A DNA stretch of 64,000 nucleotides from Flaccisagitta enflata (taxonomy: Eukaryota): assembly GCA_965153355.1 (NCBI GenBank), contig OZ231126.1, positions 6,200,001 to 6,264,000 on the forward strand, in the 5' to 3' direction. The translations under genes and the position numbers were made by a program. Positions 11,938 through 25,400 of this stretch are shown here, piece after piece; position 1 is the stretch's first letter, and every line of letters starts with the position of its first letter. The notes beneath the pieces are model-generated. The model was not told the origin of the DNA. It saw only the letters and a program-made list of their open reading frames with translations, and made no database searches.

Positions 11938-14900
11938 TTAGATGCTTCCTTCGTCGAGTAGAAGGTTCAGATCATTGACGATGGAGTCGGTGAAGGGTTT
12001 CAAAGTCGCCTCCTCGACAGGCAACGATTTCTGTTTGAAGATTTTATCCCACAAATCACCGTCCAAAAACTTGCAAAGAGAAAGGAAAGAAGTAATATTA
12101 TCAGTCGCTATGACGGTCTGTCCGGTGACCATTCTGTCCGTCCATAACATTGTTTAAATATCGACGTTTAAGTGATATTAGTATCTCATTATGCGGTGGA
12201 TTTCAGAGCTAGTCCAGTTCCTTACGGGAGGAATCAAAAGCATATCGGCGTTTTTGGAGGAAGTTACCAAAATTTGCATACAGGTACAGTTTTTGATGCT
12301 GAACAACATGGAAAGAGCCACTCAGCCAAAAAATGGCATGGCCTTTTAAAAAAATGCGTTTTTCTGAAAAAAATTTGGGAAAAATGGCGCTGACGCCACA
12401 CTGTTTTAGCCAATGCCATAAAAATTTCAGGGAAGGAAACTACATGTTTTGTTTACTTGCATACCAAATTTTAGCAAAATCCGTCAAATAGAAGCGGAGA
12501 TATGGCGTTTCAAAGTCTAGGCCTGTTTTTCAAAAAAGGGCTATGTTTCATTTTTTGGGCAAAAAATAGAATTTTTTGAGCCAGATGCCAAAAATCTTCC
12601 ATATTGATGCCAAATGTCCATATGCACTTGGAAAAAAAAACGGCATTAAAGTTTGTGCCCTATTTTGGCCTAAACGGCTAAAAAACCCCAAAAAAATGTT
12701 GCAAATTTTATTTCTTTTCTAAAATCTTTGGTATTTTTCAAAAAATACCAAAAACGCTGATGCCAATAGTGGGAATCATACCTCTGTATGAATAAAAACA
12801 TAAACCCAAGGTTTCACGACACTGGCGAGTCTGAAAGAACAGAAAAATATTTTCAAATATTTAAAAAATGCCAAAATTTTTTTGAACTCTTGGATACCCA
12901 TGGCTTTTTGGCACCGCTGAGCCCAAACGACTTGAGCTAATAAAACCAAATTTGGCATGTAAGTTCTAGACATCCATGCGCAACTTCATGCCAAATTTTA
13001 GCACTCTAGGTCAATTTTTAGTCTGGTTTTTAGAAAAAATATTTGAAAAAATGGGCTAAAAAACACAAAAAACTGGTTTTTTGGCCATATTTGCGTGCTA
13101 AGTGATATAACCATCAATTTTTTTTTGCATAGATGATCAATGAGTCTAGGATGCACCATCATGCAAAAATAGAAGTGCCTGTGATTGCAGGTTTTTAAAA
13201 AAATCACTTTTGAATTTTTCCAAAATTTTGAATTTTTGTGATTTTGGTACCTAGCCTCATTTTTTGGTCAAGATTTTGATGGAAAAATACCAAATTTGGT
13301 ACACATGATCCAGGACACCTACACTTGCTTCAACTAAAATTTCATACACGTGGTCGAAGTATAAGATTGGAAAAATTAACCTCAAGACCCTAAAAAAATT
13401 CATTTTTTTTTGTATTTTTAGTAAAAAACAGCTATAACTTGACAATAAACGATACTATTCTCACCAAATTTGGTCAGTTGAAGTTAATTCCAACATATAA
13501 CGAGGAAGTAAAAAAAAATTGGCAGATTTTTCAAAAATTTTGAAAAATTTGGTCCAAAATAGCCTTTTTTGGCCAAAATTGCCTTAAAAATGGGATTTTT
13601 TCACCTATTACCAGGCCAAAAGCCCTCTCTATCACCTCATTTTTCTCACTCAGGCTCTACACACACACATAAACTAGCATAAAAAAATTTTTGGGTTCCT
13701 ATCATGTGAAAAACTGGCCTAGAACACCATTTTTCAAGGAAAAATCACTAAAAAATCACATTTTTAGGGTTTTTTCTTCATAATTGTCAAAAATTCCTGC
13801 CTGTTACCTGAATGGCAAAAAAAGTAAAGTGTCCCTCGATCTACTAAGACAATTTGTTCAAACAAAACAAGGCCGGATACACGGCAATCCAGTCACTGAC
13901 GGTTGAGCAGGAGCTGTAAGGCAAAAACCGCTCAGAATTCAAAAATGTGACGGACATACCTACTGACCGACACTGCAAGGTCCACGACTAAAAAAAGACC
14001 CAATAATGTTTAGAAATAGCTAAACAGGTCGCCCAAGGGCAATATGTGGTCAGCGATACTTATTGCCCTGCTTTGAGTGATTGTGAATTGGAGTGAGAGG
14101 AAGCAGGGCAGCGGCCTTAAAGGGGACGAAGTCCTGTAGAACAGGGGGACTTTCGTTCGTCCTACCTGAAGAAGTTGATGAGATGCTATAGAGGGCTGAC
14201 TGAAGGCATTCAAGAGCCTAAACTGAGTTCTAAGAAGGCTGATATAAGGTCTGAGAATGCCGATTGGAAGCTTGAAAGGGCTGACTTGAGGCTTGAGAGA
14301 GCTGATTAAGGCTTGAACAGGTCACCCAAGGGCAATATGTGGTCAGCGATACCTGTTGCCCTGCTTTGAGTGATTATGAATTGGAGTGAGGGGAAGCAGG
14401 GCAGCGGCCCCGAAGGGGACGAAGTCCTGTAGAACACAGGGGGACTTTCGTTTGTCCTGCCTGAACAAGTGGATGAGATGCTATAGCGGGCTGACTGAAG
14501 GCCTTCATGAGCCTAGACTGAGGTCTGAGAAGGCTGATGAAAGGCCTGAGAATGCCAATCGGAAGCTTGAGAGGGCTGACTTGAGGCTTGAGAGAGCTGG
14601 AATAAGGTTTGAGAGCAGTAAATTGAGGCTTGGATAGCTGATTTGAGGCCTGAGAGGCCTAATTTGAAGCCTGAGAGGCAGGTTTGAGGCCTGAGATTTT
14701 GGATTGGAGGCCTGAGAAGCCTAATTTGAGGCCTGAGAGGCCAGGTTTGAGGCCTGAGAGGTTGGATTTGAGGTCTGAAAGGCCGGTTTTGAAGCCTGAG
14801 AGGCTGGATTTGAGGCCTGAGAGGCTGGATTTGAGGCCTGAGAGGCTGGATTTGAGGCCTGAGAAGCTGGATTTGAGGCCTGAGAGGCTGGATTTGAGGC

Positions 14901-17900
14901 CTGAGAGGCCAGATTTGAGGCCTGAGAGGCCAAATTTGAGGCCTGAGAGGCCAGATATGAGGCCTGAGGGGCCTGATAGGGGGGGGGACGAACGAACGAA
15001 CAGACGGACGAACGGACGAACGAACGAAAGTCCCCCTGTGTTCTACAGGATTTCGTCCCCTTTGGGGCCGCTGCCCAAAAGCCAGAGAACTAATTTGGGA
15101 TCGCTGCCCAAAAGAAGAAGAAGAATAGTCGCAAAAGCGTGCCCTGCCTAAGTAGGTTGTGGTTAAAGTTGAGGGGGGAGCAGGGCAGTGGCCCCGAAGG
15201 GGTCGAGGACCTATGCTTTCACATACAGTCGAGCTTCACTAGAGCGCACCCGCTAATAAGGCATCCCTCGTTAGATGGCATGATTTTGAAAGTCCCAAAT
15301 TTTTTGCTTTAACTTCTTTGTTGAGAAACCTCGTCTATTGCGCACCCGCTTACAAGGCAAATTTCACTAGAAGGCATGAAAAATGGGTATTTTTAGATTT
15401 TTTTCCTCGCCTAGAAGGCATGGAGGAGGAGAAAAAAAAAGAAAAAGAAAAAAAAAATAATTAGAACTAGACAAAAAGAAAGAAAAAAAATGAATAAGAA
15501 AGAGAAATCAATCAGTCTTTTGGCCAACGAGAGTGCTGATACTAAAAAAAGAAATTAACTGTTGGGAACAAGAAAGTTACAGGGAGAAGAAGAAGAAGAA
15601 GAAGTAGAAGAAGAAGAAGAAGAAGAAGAAGAAGAAGAAGAAGAAGAAGAAGAAGAAGAAGAAGACTAAGATGAAGACGACGACGAGGCTAAGACAAACA
15701 CGAAGACGGAGAGGAAAAAGAAGCAGGAAGAAGAAGAATAGGAGGAAAAAGAAAAGGAAGGGGAAGGAGAAGAAGAAAGATGAAAAAGAAGAAGAGGATA
15801 AAGAAACTCGAAGCCAAAGACTTTTTATGGGGGGAAAACATAGATGGTGATGATGTTGATCATGAAGACCGGAACTAAGGACATGTGACATGGTTAGATC
15901 AATCAAGGTTGCCGATCATAATTGAGATTGACCCTAGAGATAAAGGGATGGAGCGTTTTGGTTGTTTGACCTGACATACAGGCAGGATAAAATTGGTGCA
16001 GTCCATAGAGAAACATTTTGCCAATCCATCACCCTACTTACCACAGCAATAAAATCATGAATTCTCCAAAAAGAACCTGTATCCAAAAGAGGGTATCTCA
16101 CCCAGCACATTGTAATACTGTTTACTTGAGGTAACAAGGCTGGATACACGGCAAGACAGTCGCGGATGGTTGGGCAGGGGCAGTAATGCAAAAACCGCTC
16201 GCAATTCAAAAATAATTCGGACTGACTGATGGACGAACTGACTGACACGGCAAGGTGTACAGTTGCGTGTCCGCGACTAAAAATTGTCAGATTTTGTGCA
16301 ATCGGGACACAAGATACAAAGAAAAAAAAAGAAAAAAAAGAAAATAGATTTTGGAGTCAAATGAATTCACGTCAGAATTAAGTTAGCTTTTGGTAAACTA
16401 CAGAATTTCATACTTTTGGCAATAAGGCACCTCGCCTATAAGGCATGATTTAGTGCGGTCCCTTGAGATGCGCTCTAGTGAAGCTCGACTGTATATGGGG
16501 GATTTTCTCCTCCCACTCCTCCTTCTCCTCCTCCATTCCTCCCCCTCAAATCCCAGTCTTGTGGCCCAAAATCCAGTCTCTAGGCCCAAAACCCAGTCTT
16601 GAGGCCCAAATTAAAGCCTCAAGGCCCAAATCCTAGCCTCAAAGCCCAAATCCTAGCCTGGAGGCTTAGATTTGGGGCTCAAGATTAGGATCTGGGCCTT
16701 TTAGCTGAGATTTTGACCTTGAGGCTGTGATTAGGGCATCAAGACTGAAATCTGGGCCTCCAGGCTAGGATTGAGGCCTTGGGGCCAGGATTTGGGCCTT
16801 GAGGCTTGGATTTGGGCCTCAAGACTGGAATTTGGGCCTCAACACTGGGATTTGGGCCTCGAAACCCGGATTTGAGGGGGGGACGTAGAAAAAGAAGGAA
16901 AAGAAGGAGGAGAAAATCCCACATATGTGTGAAATCATAGGTCATTGACACCTTTCAGGCCGCTACCCAAAGTTGGGTAGGTGAAAGTGTAGGTTAAGCA
17001 TATTTTGAATTCCTAGGCTGTTGGTTGGTTGGGTGGTATGCCAGTTTGTCTGGGCAGCCAACATGCTGAAATCATTTTGATTCACATACTTCAACTTGCT
17101 ATGTCAGTTTGATGGTTGCTAAAGACATAGTGATTCTAAGAACCAATGTTGGCTAGAAAATGACTGTTTTTGGGCAGCGGCCCCAAAGGGGGTGAAGTCC
17201 TGTAGAACACAGGGGGACTTTTGTTCGTCCATCTGTTCATCCGTTTGTCTGTTAGTCCCCCCCCTTCATCAGATCTCTCAGGCCTCAAATCCAGCCTCTC
17301 AGGCCTCAAATCCAGCCTCTCAGGCCTTAAATCCAGCCTCTCAGGTCTCAAAGCCAGCCTCTCAGGCCTCAAATCCAGCCTCTCAGGCCTCAAATTTAGC
17401 CTCTCAGGCCTCAAATCTAGCCTCTCAGGCCTCAAATCCAGCCTCTCAGGCCTCGAATTTAGCCTCTCAGTCCTCAAATCCAGCCTCTCAGGCCTCATAT
17501 CCAGCCTCTCAGGCCTCAAATCCAAATTCTCAGGCCTCAAACCTGCCTCTAAACCTCCATCTATTGCTCTCAGGCTTCAAATCAGTTCTCTGGCTTTTCA
17601 AGCCTTAATCAGCTCTCTCAAGCCTCAAGTCAGCCCTTTCAAGCTTCCAATCGGCATTCTCAGACCTTATATCAGCCTTCTTAGAACTCAGTTTAGGCTC
17701 TTGAATGCCTTCAGTCAGCCCTCTATAGCATCTCATCAACTTCTTCAGGTAGGACGAACGAAAGTCCTCCAGTCCTACAGGACTTTGTCCCCTTTAGGGC
17801 CGCTGCCCTGCTTCCTCGCAGGGCAATGAGTATCGCTGACCACATATTGCCCTTGTGCGACCTGTTTAGCTATTTCTAAACATTATTGGGTTTTTTTTAG

Positions 17901-20900
17901 TCGTAGACCTTGCAGTGTCGGTCAGTAGGTATGTCCGTAACATTTTTGAATTCTGGGCGGTTTTTGCCTTACAGCTCCTGCTCAACCGTCAGTGACTGGA
18001 TTGCCGTGTATCCGGCCTTGTTTTGTTTGAACAAATTGTCTTAGTAGATCGAGAGACACTTTGCTTTCTTTGCCATTCAGGTAACAGGCAGGAATTTTTG
18101 ACAATTTTGAAGAAAAAACCCTAAAAATGTGATTTTTTAGTGATTTTTCCTTGAAAAATGGTGTTCTAGGCCAGTTTTTCACATGATAGGAACCCAAAAA
18201 TTTTTTTATGCTAGTTTATGTGTGTGTGTAGAGCCTGAGTGAGAAAAATGAGGTGATAGAGAGGGCTTTTGGCCTGGTAATAGGTGAAAAAATCCCATTT
18301 TTAAGGCAATTTTGGCCAAAAAAGGCTATTTTGGACCAAATTTTTCAAAATTTTTGAAAAATCTGCCAATTTTTTTTTCACTTCCTCGTTATATGTTGGA
18401 GTTAACTTCAACGGACCAAATTTGGTGAGAATAGTATCGTTTATTGTCAAGTTATAACTGTTTTTTACTAAAAATTCAAAAAAAATGATTTTTTTTAGGG
18501 TCTTGAGGTTAATTTTTCCAATCTTATACTTCGACCACGTGTATGAAATTTTAGTTGAAGCAAGTGTAGGTGTCCTGGATCATGTGTACCAAATTTGGTA
18601 TTTTTCCATCAAAATCTTGACCAAAAAATGAGGCTAGGTACCAAAATCACAAAAATTCAAAATTTTGGAAAAATTCAAAAGTGATTTTTTTAAAAACCTG
18701 CAATCACAGGCACTTCTATTTTTGCATGATGGTGCATCCTAGACTCATTGATCATCTATGCAAAAAAAAATTGATGGTTATATCACTTAGCACGCAAATA
18801 TGGCCAAAAAACCAGTTTTTTGTGTTTTTTAGCCCATTTTTTCAAATATTTTTTCTAAAAACCAGACTAAAAATTGACCTAGAGTGCTAAAATTTGGCAT
18901 GAAGTTGCGCATTGATGTCTAGAACTTACATGCCAAATTTGATTTTATTAGCTCAAGTCGTTTGGGCTCAGCGGTGTCAAAAAGCCATGGGTATCCAAGA
19001 GTTCAAAAAAATTTTGGCATTTTTTAAATATTTGAAAATATTTTTCTGTTCTTTCAGACTCGCCAGTGTCCTGAAACCTTGGGGTTATGTTTATATTCAT
19101 ACAGAGGTATGATTCCCACCATTGGCATCAGCGTTTTTGGTATTTTTTGAAAAATACCAAAGATTTTAGAAAAGAAATAAAATTTGCAACATTTTTTTGG
19201 GGTTTTTTAGCCGTTTAGGCCAAAATAGGGCACAAACTTTAATGCCGTTTTTTTTTCCAAGTGCATATGGACATTTGGCATCAATATGGAAGATTTTGGG
19301 CATCTGGCTCAAAAAATTCTATTTTTTGCCCAAAAAATGAAACATAGCCCTTTTTTGAAAAACAGGCCTAGACTTTGAAACGCCATATCTCCGCTTCTAC
19401 TTGACGGATTTTGCTAAAATTTGGTATGCAAGTAAACAAAACATGTAGTTTCCTTCCCTGAAATTTTTATGGCATTGGCTCAAACGGTGTGGCGTCAGCG
19501 CCATTTTTCCCAAATTTTTTTCAGAAAAACGCATTTTTTTAAAAGGCCATGCCATTTTTTGGCCAAGTGGCTCTTTCCATGTTGTTCAGCATCAAAAACT
19601 GTACCTGTATGCAAATTTTGGTAACTTCCTCCAAAAACGCCGATCTGTTTCTTTAAGGTCCTGGACTAAGCAGCATGACAATGCAGTGGGAATGGCGATT
19701 TCACTCCTACACGCCGTATTTTTTATAAGAACACAGTTTTTTGAAGTGAGGCTCAGCGTTCTTATTTTTTGCCAATTTTCAGCCTCAAATGTTTTTAACC
19801 CGTTCTTATTTTTGTAGCATGGAAGTTCTTTATCATAGTTGCTAATGAGTCATATTCATTGAAATGAACATATTCTATTCTCAGTATTTATAATTTTTGT
19901 TTACGTTAAGTCATGAAATTTATAAAAATGTAAATGATTAAAAGTAATTACAGTTGAACCCCGCTCTAACGGATTTCAGGGGACCAACAGTTTTCTTCTG
20001 TTATAACTGGACTTCTGTTATTGCTAACAAAGGAAATAAAAGAAATTAACTTGAAGGGACCATCAATTTATGTCTGTTATAGGTGGGATTCCGTTAGTGG
20101 CGGGTCCGTTAGAGCGGGGTTCAACTGTAGTTGAATTGTTTAGGTTAAAGGATTCTGTACAACATTTTTTCATTGTTTCCTCAAAAAATTATGTAAAAGC
20201 GTACTTTAGAATGTATTTGTGCGAAAATCTGAGCCTGGGCATGTTCTTAAGATGTTCTTATTTTTTCACCATATCCGAGGCTGATGTTCTTATAAACAGT
20301 GTTCTTAGACAAAATACAGCGTGTACTGATCATTCTAACCTGTGAAAAGACGTGATCGATTCTTTGGCCACTTTTGTCAGTCAGATGGCGTTCGATCAAT
20401 TTGTGGAGAATCGCAGAAAGCTCGCGGATCCCCTAAAAACAAAACAAAAGGCGTTCCCACATGATCGCTGAAACTCGTAATGGCCTAGAATTCAATATCG
20501 GGTCCCACACTCCGCTAATTACATTGGCACCGACCTGAAGAAGGAAAGTCTTGTCGGAGGTGAAGTCAACTTCGTAGAAAGAGACGATGGTCATCGCAGT
20601 CGACCGAAACTTCTTCTTGAAATCCTCGGCCAACTTTAATTCTTCCCCTGAGAATTGATCGTTGCTGCAAATACGAAAACGCGGGAATAAAACGAGATTC
20701 AAGTGTTAAAACGGAGGACAACGTAAATTGCAGGATGTTAAAATCTCACATATAACATTCCGTCTGTCTGTCTGTCGGCGAATGTGCATTCGCGCACGTT
20801 TGAAATACTATAGAGCCTCGCAGTATTGCGCATCCACTATCAAGCCTTGCTCGCCTTTCGCATTAAATCCGAGTTTATTCAGTTTTTAATGTCGGCAATC

Positions 20901-21366
20901 ATGTAAAACCTGGTAGCTTCAAAACAAGGCCAAGTAGGCCAATAAGGTGCGACGTGTGGATCGTTGAACGAATGCGTTACCCGACCGACCGACCGACCAA
21001 CCGACAGACCGACCGACCGACGGACAAAGCCAGTTATGGGGGTGCTTTATCGCACCTGATAAGTCGTAATTTAGTTCAATCCCTTAACACACGCTCCAGT
21101 GAAGCTCAACTACAATTTTTCCTCAATTCTTACCGATAGAGAATGCCGATTTTGATGATGATCTTGATGATATTCTTGACGACTTTTTCCGAGTCCTTTT
21201 TGTTTCCGGTGTATTCCTTGAGCAGTCCGTAGAGATTGTCGAGAAGTCGTCCGGAGGCGTCGTCGATGAACACTTTGGCGATCGACTTGGAAGACATTTT
21301 TGACAAAATCTTCTTCTGCGCTTTCAGTCCCATCGACAGGGAACTGAATGCAGCACCGTCAGCCAT
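11938..21366 (-). CDS. TNFAIP8: TNF-alpha-induced protein 8 (TIPE/sigmar) family protein, 4 exons
   Basis: Exons 21134-21366, 20535-20664, 20340-20432, 11938-12069. Motifs AQKKILSKMSSKSIAKVFIDD, KNIIKIIIKIGILYRNDQF, AMTIVSFYEVDFT, HLTDKSGQRIDHVF, DLNLLLDEGSI*. Last intron is 8.3 kb. Confidence 0.95.
12212..19666. mobile_element. Giant foldback (inverted-repeat) element of about 7.4 kb with about 2.07-kb arms, in TNFAIP8 intron 3
   Basis: 12246-14318 is the near-identical reverse complement of 17597-19646; the ORF track shows mirrored ORFs 12998-13207(-) and 18681-18890(+). Termini ta-GTCCAG...CTGGAC-ta. No transposase ORF. Confidence 0.9.
15226..16491. mobile_element. TA-flanked MITE nested inside a HINE-like element
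   Basis: ta|CAGTCGAGCTTCACTAGAGCGCA...GCGCTCTAGTGAAGCTCGACTG|ta; contains (GAA)n and a HINE copy at 16133-16283. Confidence 0.85.
19710..20323. mobile_element. TA-flanked MITE containing a second TA-flanked MITE (19951-20127)
   Basis: Outer TIRs CACGCCGTATTTTTTATAAGAACAC and GTGTTCTTAGACAAAATACAGCGTG; inner ta|CAGTTGAACCCCGCTCTAACGG...CCGTTAGAGCGGGGTTCAACTG|ta. A relative of the inner element lies at about 7791-7928. Confidence 0.82.
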
Positions 21367-22413
21367 CTTGTGTCAAGTTTGGTTGCGAAGGTTTTTATTT
21401 TTTCTTTCTTTTTTTCGTCAAGTTTTCCGGAACTGACCGTCAGTTGTCACATGAGTTAATAACTCTCCCTAACCATTAATCTCGAGTACTCACAGCGACT
21501 GTTTAACGGAATTTTGTCTTGGGAAGGCCGACCTAGACCTTGCCCCACTTCCGGTTTAAGTTTGCACCTTCACGCGCGATGAAGACGCTTTATGATGATA
21601 TAACGTTACGTGTCTTTCACACACCGAGTGAAATTTTAGGAAATACTTAGTTCACGTTTAAGGAATAACATATTCACTCTGTTATCCAAACAAGCACACG
21701 CGTGCACCGTTCACAAAATGACATGACGCTCATTGAAGAAAAGACACTGAATAGAACAATGCATGGAAAAGCAAAACACTAAGTCAGACTTAACGAGACT
21801 AGCATTGGCAAAGAAACAAGATTGTAAATGGAAGCAAGTTTTAACCCGCGCAACCGTAGCCATGCCCTGCAAAGCTTTATTCCCTCTGTTTAATGCTTTA
21901 CGCCCAAGCAAAAGCGTGTCTATTTTAGTAATCATGAATATTCTTGTAATCTTAAATTGCTTTCACACAATTGTTCCCATTTAGCGATCCTGAATGTTCT
22001 GGTAATCTTGAATTGCTTACAAACAATTGTCCCTATTCATTATCATTCCTAGATTCCCTACTAGCCAGAAATCTACCCTCAATTCACTAACACTAGACCA
22101 GGGCAATAAATAAACAAACTTCAACCAAACTGGTAAATAACACCCAGGAAAATTATTAGCAACCCGATGGCGCAAATTTATCCAAATCCGCGTGGAAAAA
22201 AAAGAGGATACAGCTGGAAAAAGAAGAGAGCATGTCGAGATCCCAGAGGATAAAACAACGAAAGAGTGTATCTAGGCCGGAAAATACAAACAAGAGTCGT
22301 GCTTTAAACGCGATCTGGCCTAAAGAGCAACCGCAAATTGTCGAGTATACCGCTCTCTACATTTGTAGTTTCTTTAGAGATCAGCTCACATTCGCATGTA
22401 CACTCTTCCGTCT

Positions 22414-25400
22414 TCACTCATCCCAGGGGCTCATGTCGGTATCGATGGCGATGCAATTGTAAGCGGCGTATCTGAGTTTTTCCTCGGCGATTTTGACGGT
22501 GGAATAATGCGGGAGATAGAGTGTGTTGGAGCAGGTGGATGACTCGGGCAACGCGTCTTTGATCTCTCCGCGATCGGCGCAAATGAAAAGCGGAGTCGGA
22601 AGACGACGACGACCAGTCACGAAACGCAGGAAACGAGAACGATCCTCGTTGGTAAATCTGAAAAAGTGGTTAAGGGAAAGTCAAGTCACAAAACACAGGA
22701 AACGAGAACGATCCTCGTTGGTGAATCTGAAAGAGTGGTTAAGGGAAAGTCAAGTCACGAAACGCAGGAAACGAGAACGATCCTCGTTGGTAAATCTGAA
22801 AAAGTGGTTAAGGGAAAGTCAAGTCACAAAACACAGGAAACGAGAACGATCCTCGTTGGTGAATCTGAAAGAGTGGTTAAGGGAAAGTCAAGTCACGAAA
22901 CGCAGGAAACGAGAATGATCCTTGTTGGTAAATCTGAAAGAGTGGTCAGGGTCAAGTCACAAAACGCAGGAAACGAGACCGATCCTCGTTGGTAAATCTG
23001 AAAGAGTGGTTAAGGGAAAGTCAAGTCGCGAAACGCAGGAAACGAGAACGATCCTCGTTGGTAAATCTGAAGGAAGCGAAACGAAAGAATAAAACGGGGA
23101 AGACCGATGAAAGGAACGGAGGAGAGAGGTAATTTGGAAGGAGGGAAGGGGAAGGAGAAGAACCGACGCAAAAACTTGAGAAGATTCCGAACAAGGGAGT
23201 GGAGAAGGTAGGGCCTAAGTGACGTTGGTAAGATCGTGTTTTCGCCTTTTTCCTACTCACTGTTTCAAAGCTTCCCAAAGATAGAGCACTCTTTGGTCGG
23301 AAGCGTTTAGGTGGTTGTATTGAGTAGCCTTTTATCTACTCTACGTACTTTTCCAGGGCTTCCCGTAGATTGAGAACTCTTTGGTCGGTAGCGTTGAGGT
23401 TGATGTAATGAGTGTTTTCAGTCGCTGGCTAAGCGACTCTACAAGAGGGTGTGTCCCTTGGTCTGTCTGTCTGTCTGCCTGTCCCTCACGCGAAATTTCG
23501 GATGCCGCGAAATTGACTGTATTAGTGATTTCTGAGCTTAACAGCCCCTGCCAACCTAAAATACAGCCCCTGCCCACCGATTGACTGCCCCAGCCCCTCA
23601 GTGTACTGCCCCTGCCCACCCAAAATACAGCCCCTGCCCACTGATTGACTGCCCCAGCCCCTCAGTGTACTGCCCCTGCCCACCCACCAGCGACTGCTTA
23701 TTGGCTGTGTATCCGGCCTTGTTTTTCTTACTCTACCATCTACTCAACACTTACTTTTCCAGGGTTTTCCATAGATTGAACACTCTTTGGTTGGTACCCT
23801 TAAGGTCGTCATAATGAGTGGCCTTTTTCATATTTTACAAAATACTTACTTTTCCAGGGCTTCCCATAGATTAAGCACTCTTTGGTCGGTAGCGTTAAGG
23901 TCGTCGTAATGAGTGGCCTTTTTCAGCGCCTCCACGCTGATTTCCGGATCACCGCAAATTCGTTGTTCCATCTCTTGCCAAGTTATTAAATCAAACACCG
24001 CCTGAGCGAAATGGCAGGATAACCATGAGAATTGTTTACTCTCTTACTCATGCAGCCTACTAACTTCATCGCTGCACCATGCGTATCTCATTTCTAGTCG
24101 GTCTTTTTGTTTCTTTCCCCCAATTCTTCCATCCATCTATCCAGTCTTCCATCCAACCTTCCTCCCATCTATCCATCCCTCCTTCCATTATTCCTGTAAT
24201 CCTATAAATCAATCAATCAATCCATCCCGCCTTCCATAATTTCTGTTTGATTTCCAATTTTTGAATCATTTTTTGTCTTTTTAGGTGCGACAAAGCACCT
24301 CTATAACTGGCTGTGTCCGTCGGTTGGTTGGTCGGTTGGTCGAGTAACACATTCGTTCGATGATCCACATGTCGCACCTTACTGGCCTACTTGGCCTTGT
24401 TTTATTACTTTCTTCTTCCCAACTTCTGAGTTCCTTCTCCCTTTTCTCTCAGGGTCCTTCCATTCATTCTTTCCTTCATAAATCCATCCATCCTTTCTTG
24501 CATCCATCCATCCATCCTTTCTTGCATCCATCCATCCATCCTTCCGTCAATCCATTTTTCCTATCTTCCGTTCTTCCATCCTTCCATTTTTCCATATTTT
24601 CCTTCTCGCTTGCCTGAGTCCCCTCTTCCTCTTTTCCCGTTTATCTCTCCTCACCTGAGGCACGACGGAGAGGAGTCCTCTTTGTAGGGCGGCAATTTGC
24701 TTATCGAATTCTTTGAGCCTGACTTTTTTCATGGCGGCGAGGAATTCGAGTCGATTGTCGAAAGTCACTTTGATTTCGCCGCCGCCTTCTTTCAACTCCT
24801 TGACCGAACCATCAGATAACACTGACAGATGGGCATATAATCATATAGCTTTTAAGGGTCTTTTTTGATCATGATGATGCCTATTATGAATCTTAATTCA
24901 TGATCATGCTAATAGCTCATAATCATTACATGATAACAAAAATGATGAAGGGACATACCCGCGGCAAAGGCCATGTCTTTCCCCACCAAATCTTCAAATT
25001 TCTCCCGAGTGACGTTTTCCAACGAATCGGCGAATCGAACCTGAAAAGCACAACCGTTGATAAATCATACGCAGTCCAGACAATCTCAACAACCAAGACA
25101 GGTCGGTTCTTGCTTCAAGTGCATGGTCGAGACAGTTTCGGAACAGGCGCAACTGTCGACTGAAAAACACTCAACAACAGAGAAAGGGAGAAGCTGCCCA
25201 GATAACAGCTAACGTGACATGTGATAAAGTGTAGGGGGGAGTGGGGCCATTTGGGACACGGAAAATTCGGGAACAAGTCCCATAAATCCTTCCTGCTTGC
25301 ATAAATTTTTCTTGCTTGCTTGTGCTACACTATCTTGTGTGAATTACACCATGAAGAAGCTGCGTGACTTTGTCTCGAATTATCCGTGTCCCAAATAGCC

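Noticed and set aside
12172-19112. ORFs in foldback arms (also 49597-51080) as transposase
   Set aside because: Short, F/K-rich AT-biased translations with no DDE or other transposase motif.
22617-23072. CRISPR-like appearance of regularly spaced repeats (also 5560-6535, 57745-58460)
   Set aside because: The 'spacers' are themselves repeated, units derive from host exon or TE sequence, there are no cas genes, and the locus is eukaryotic.
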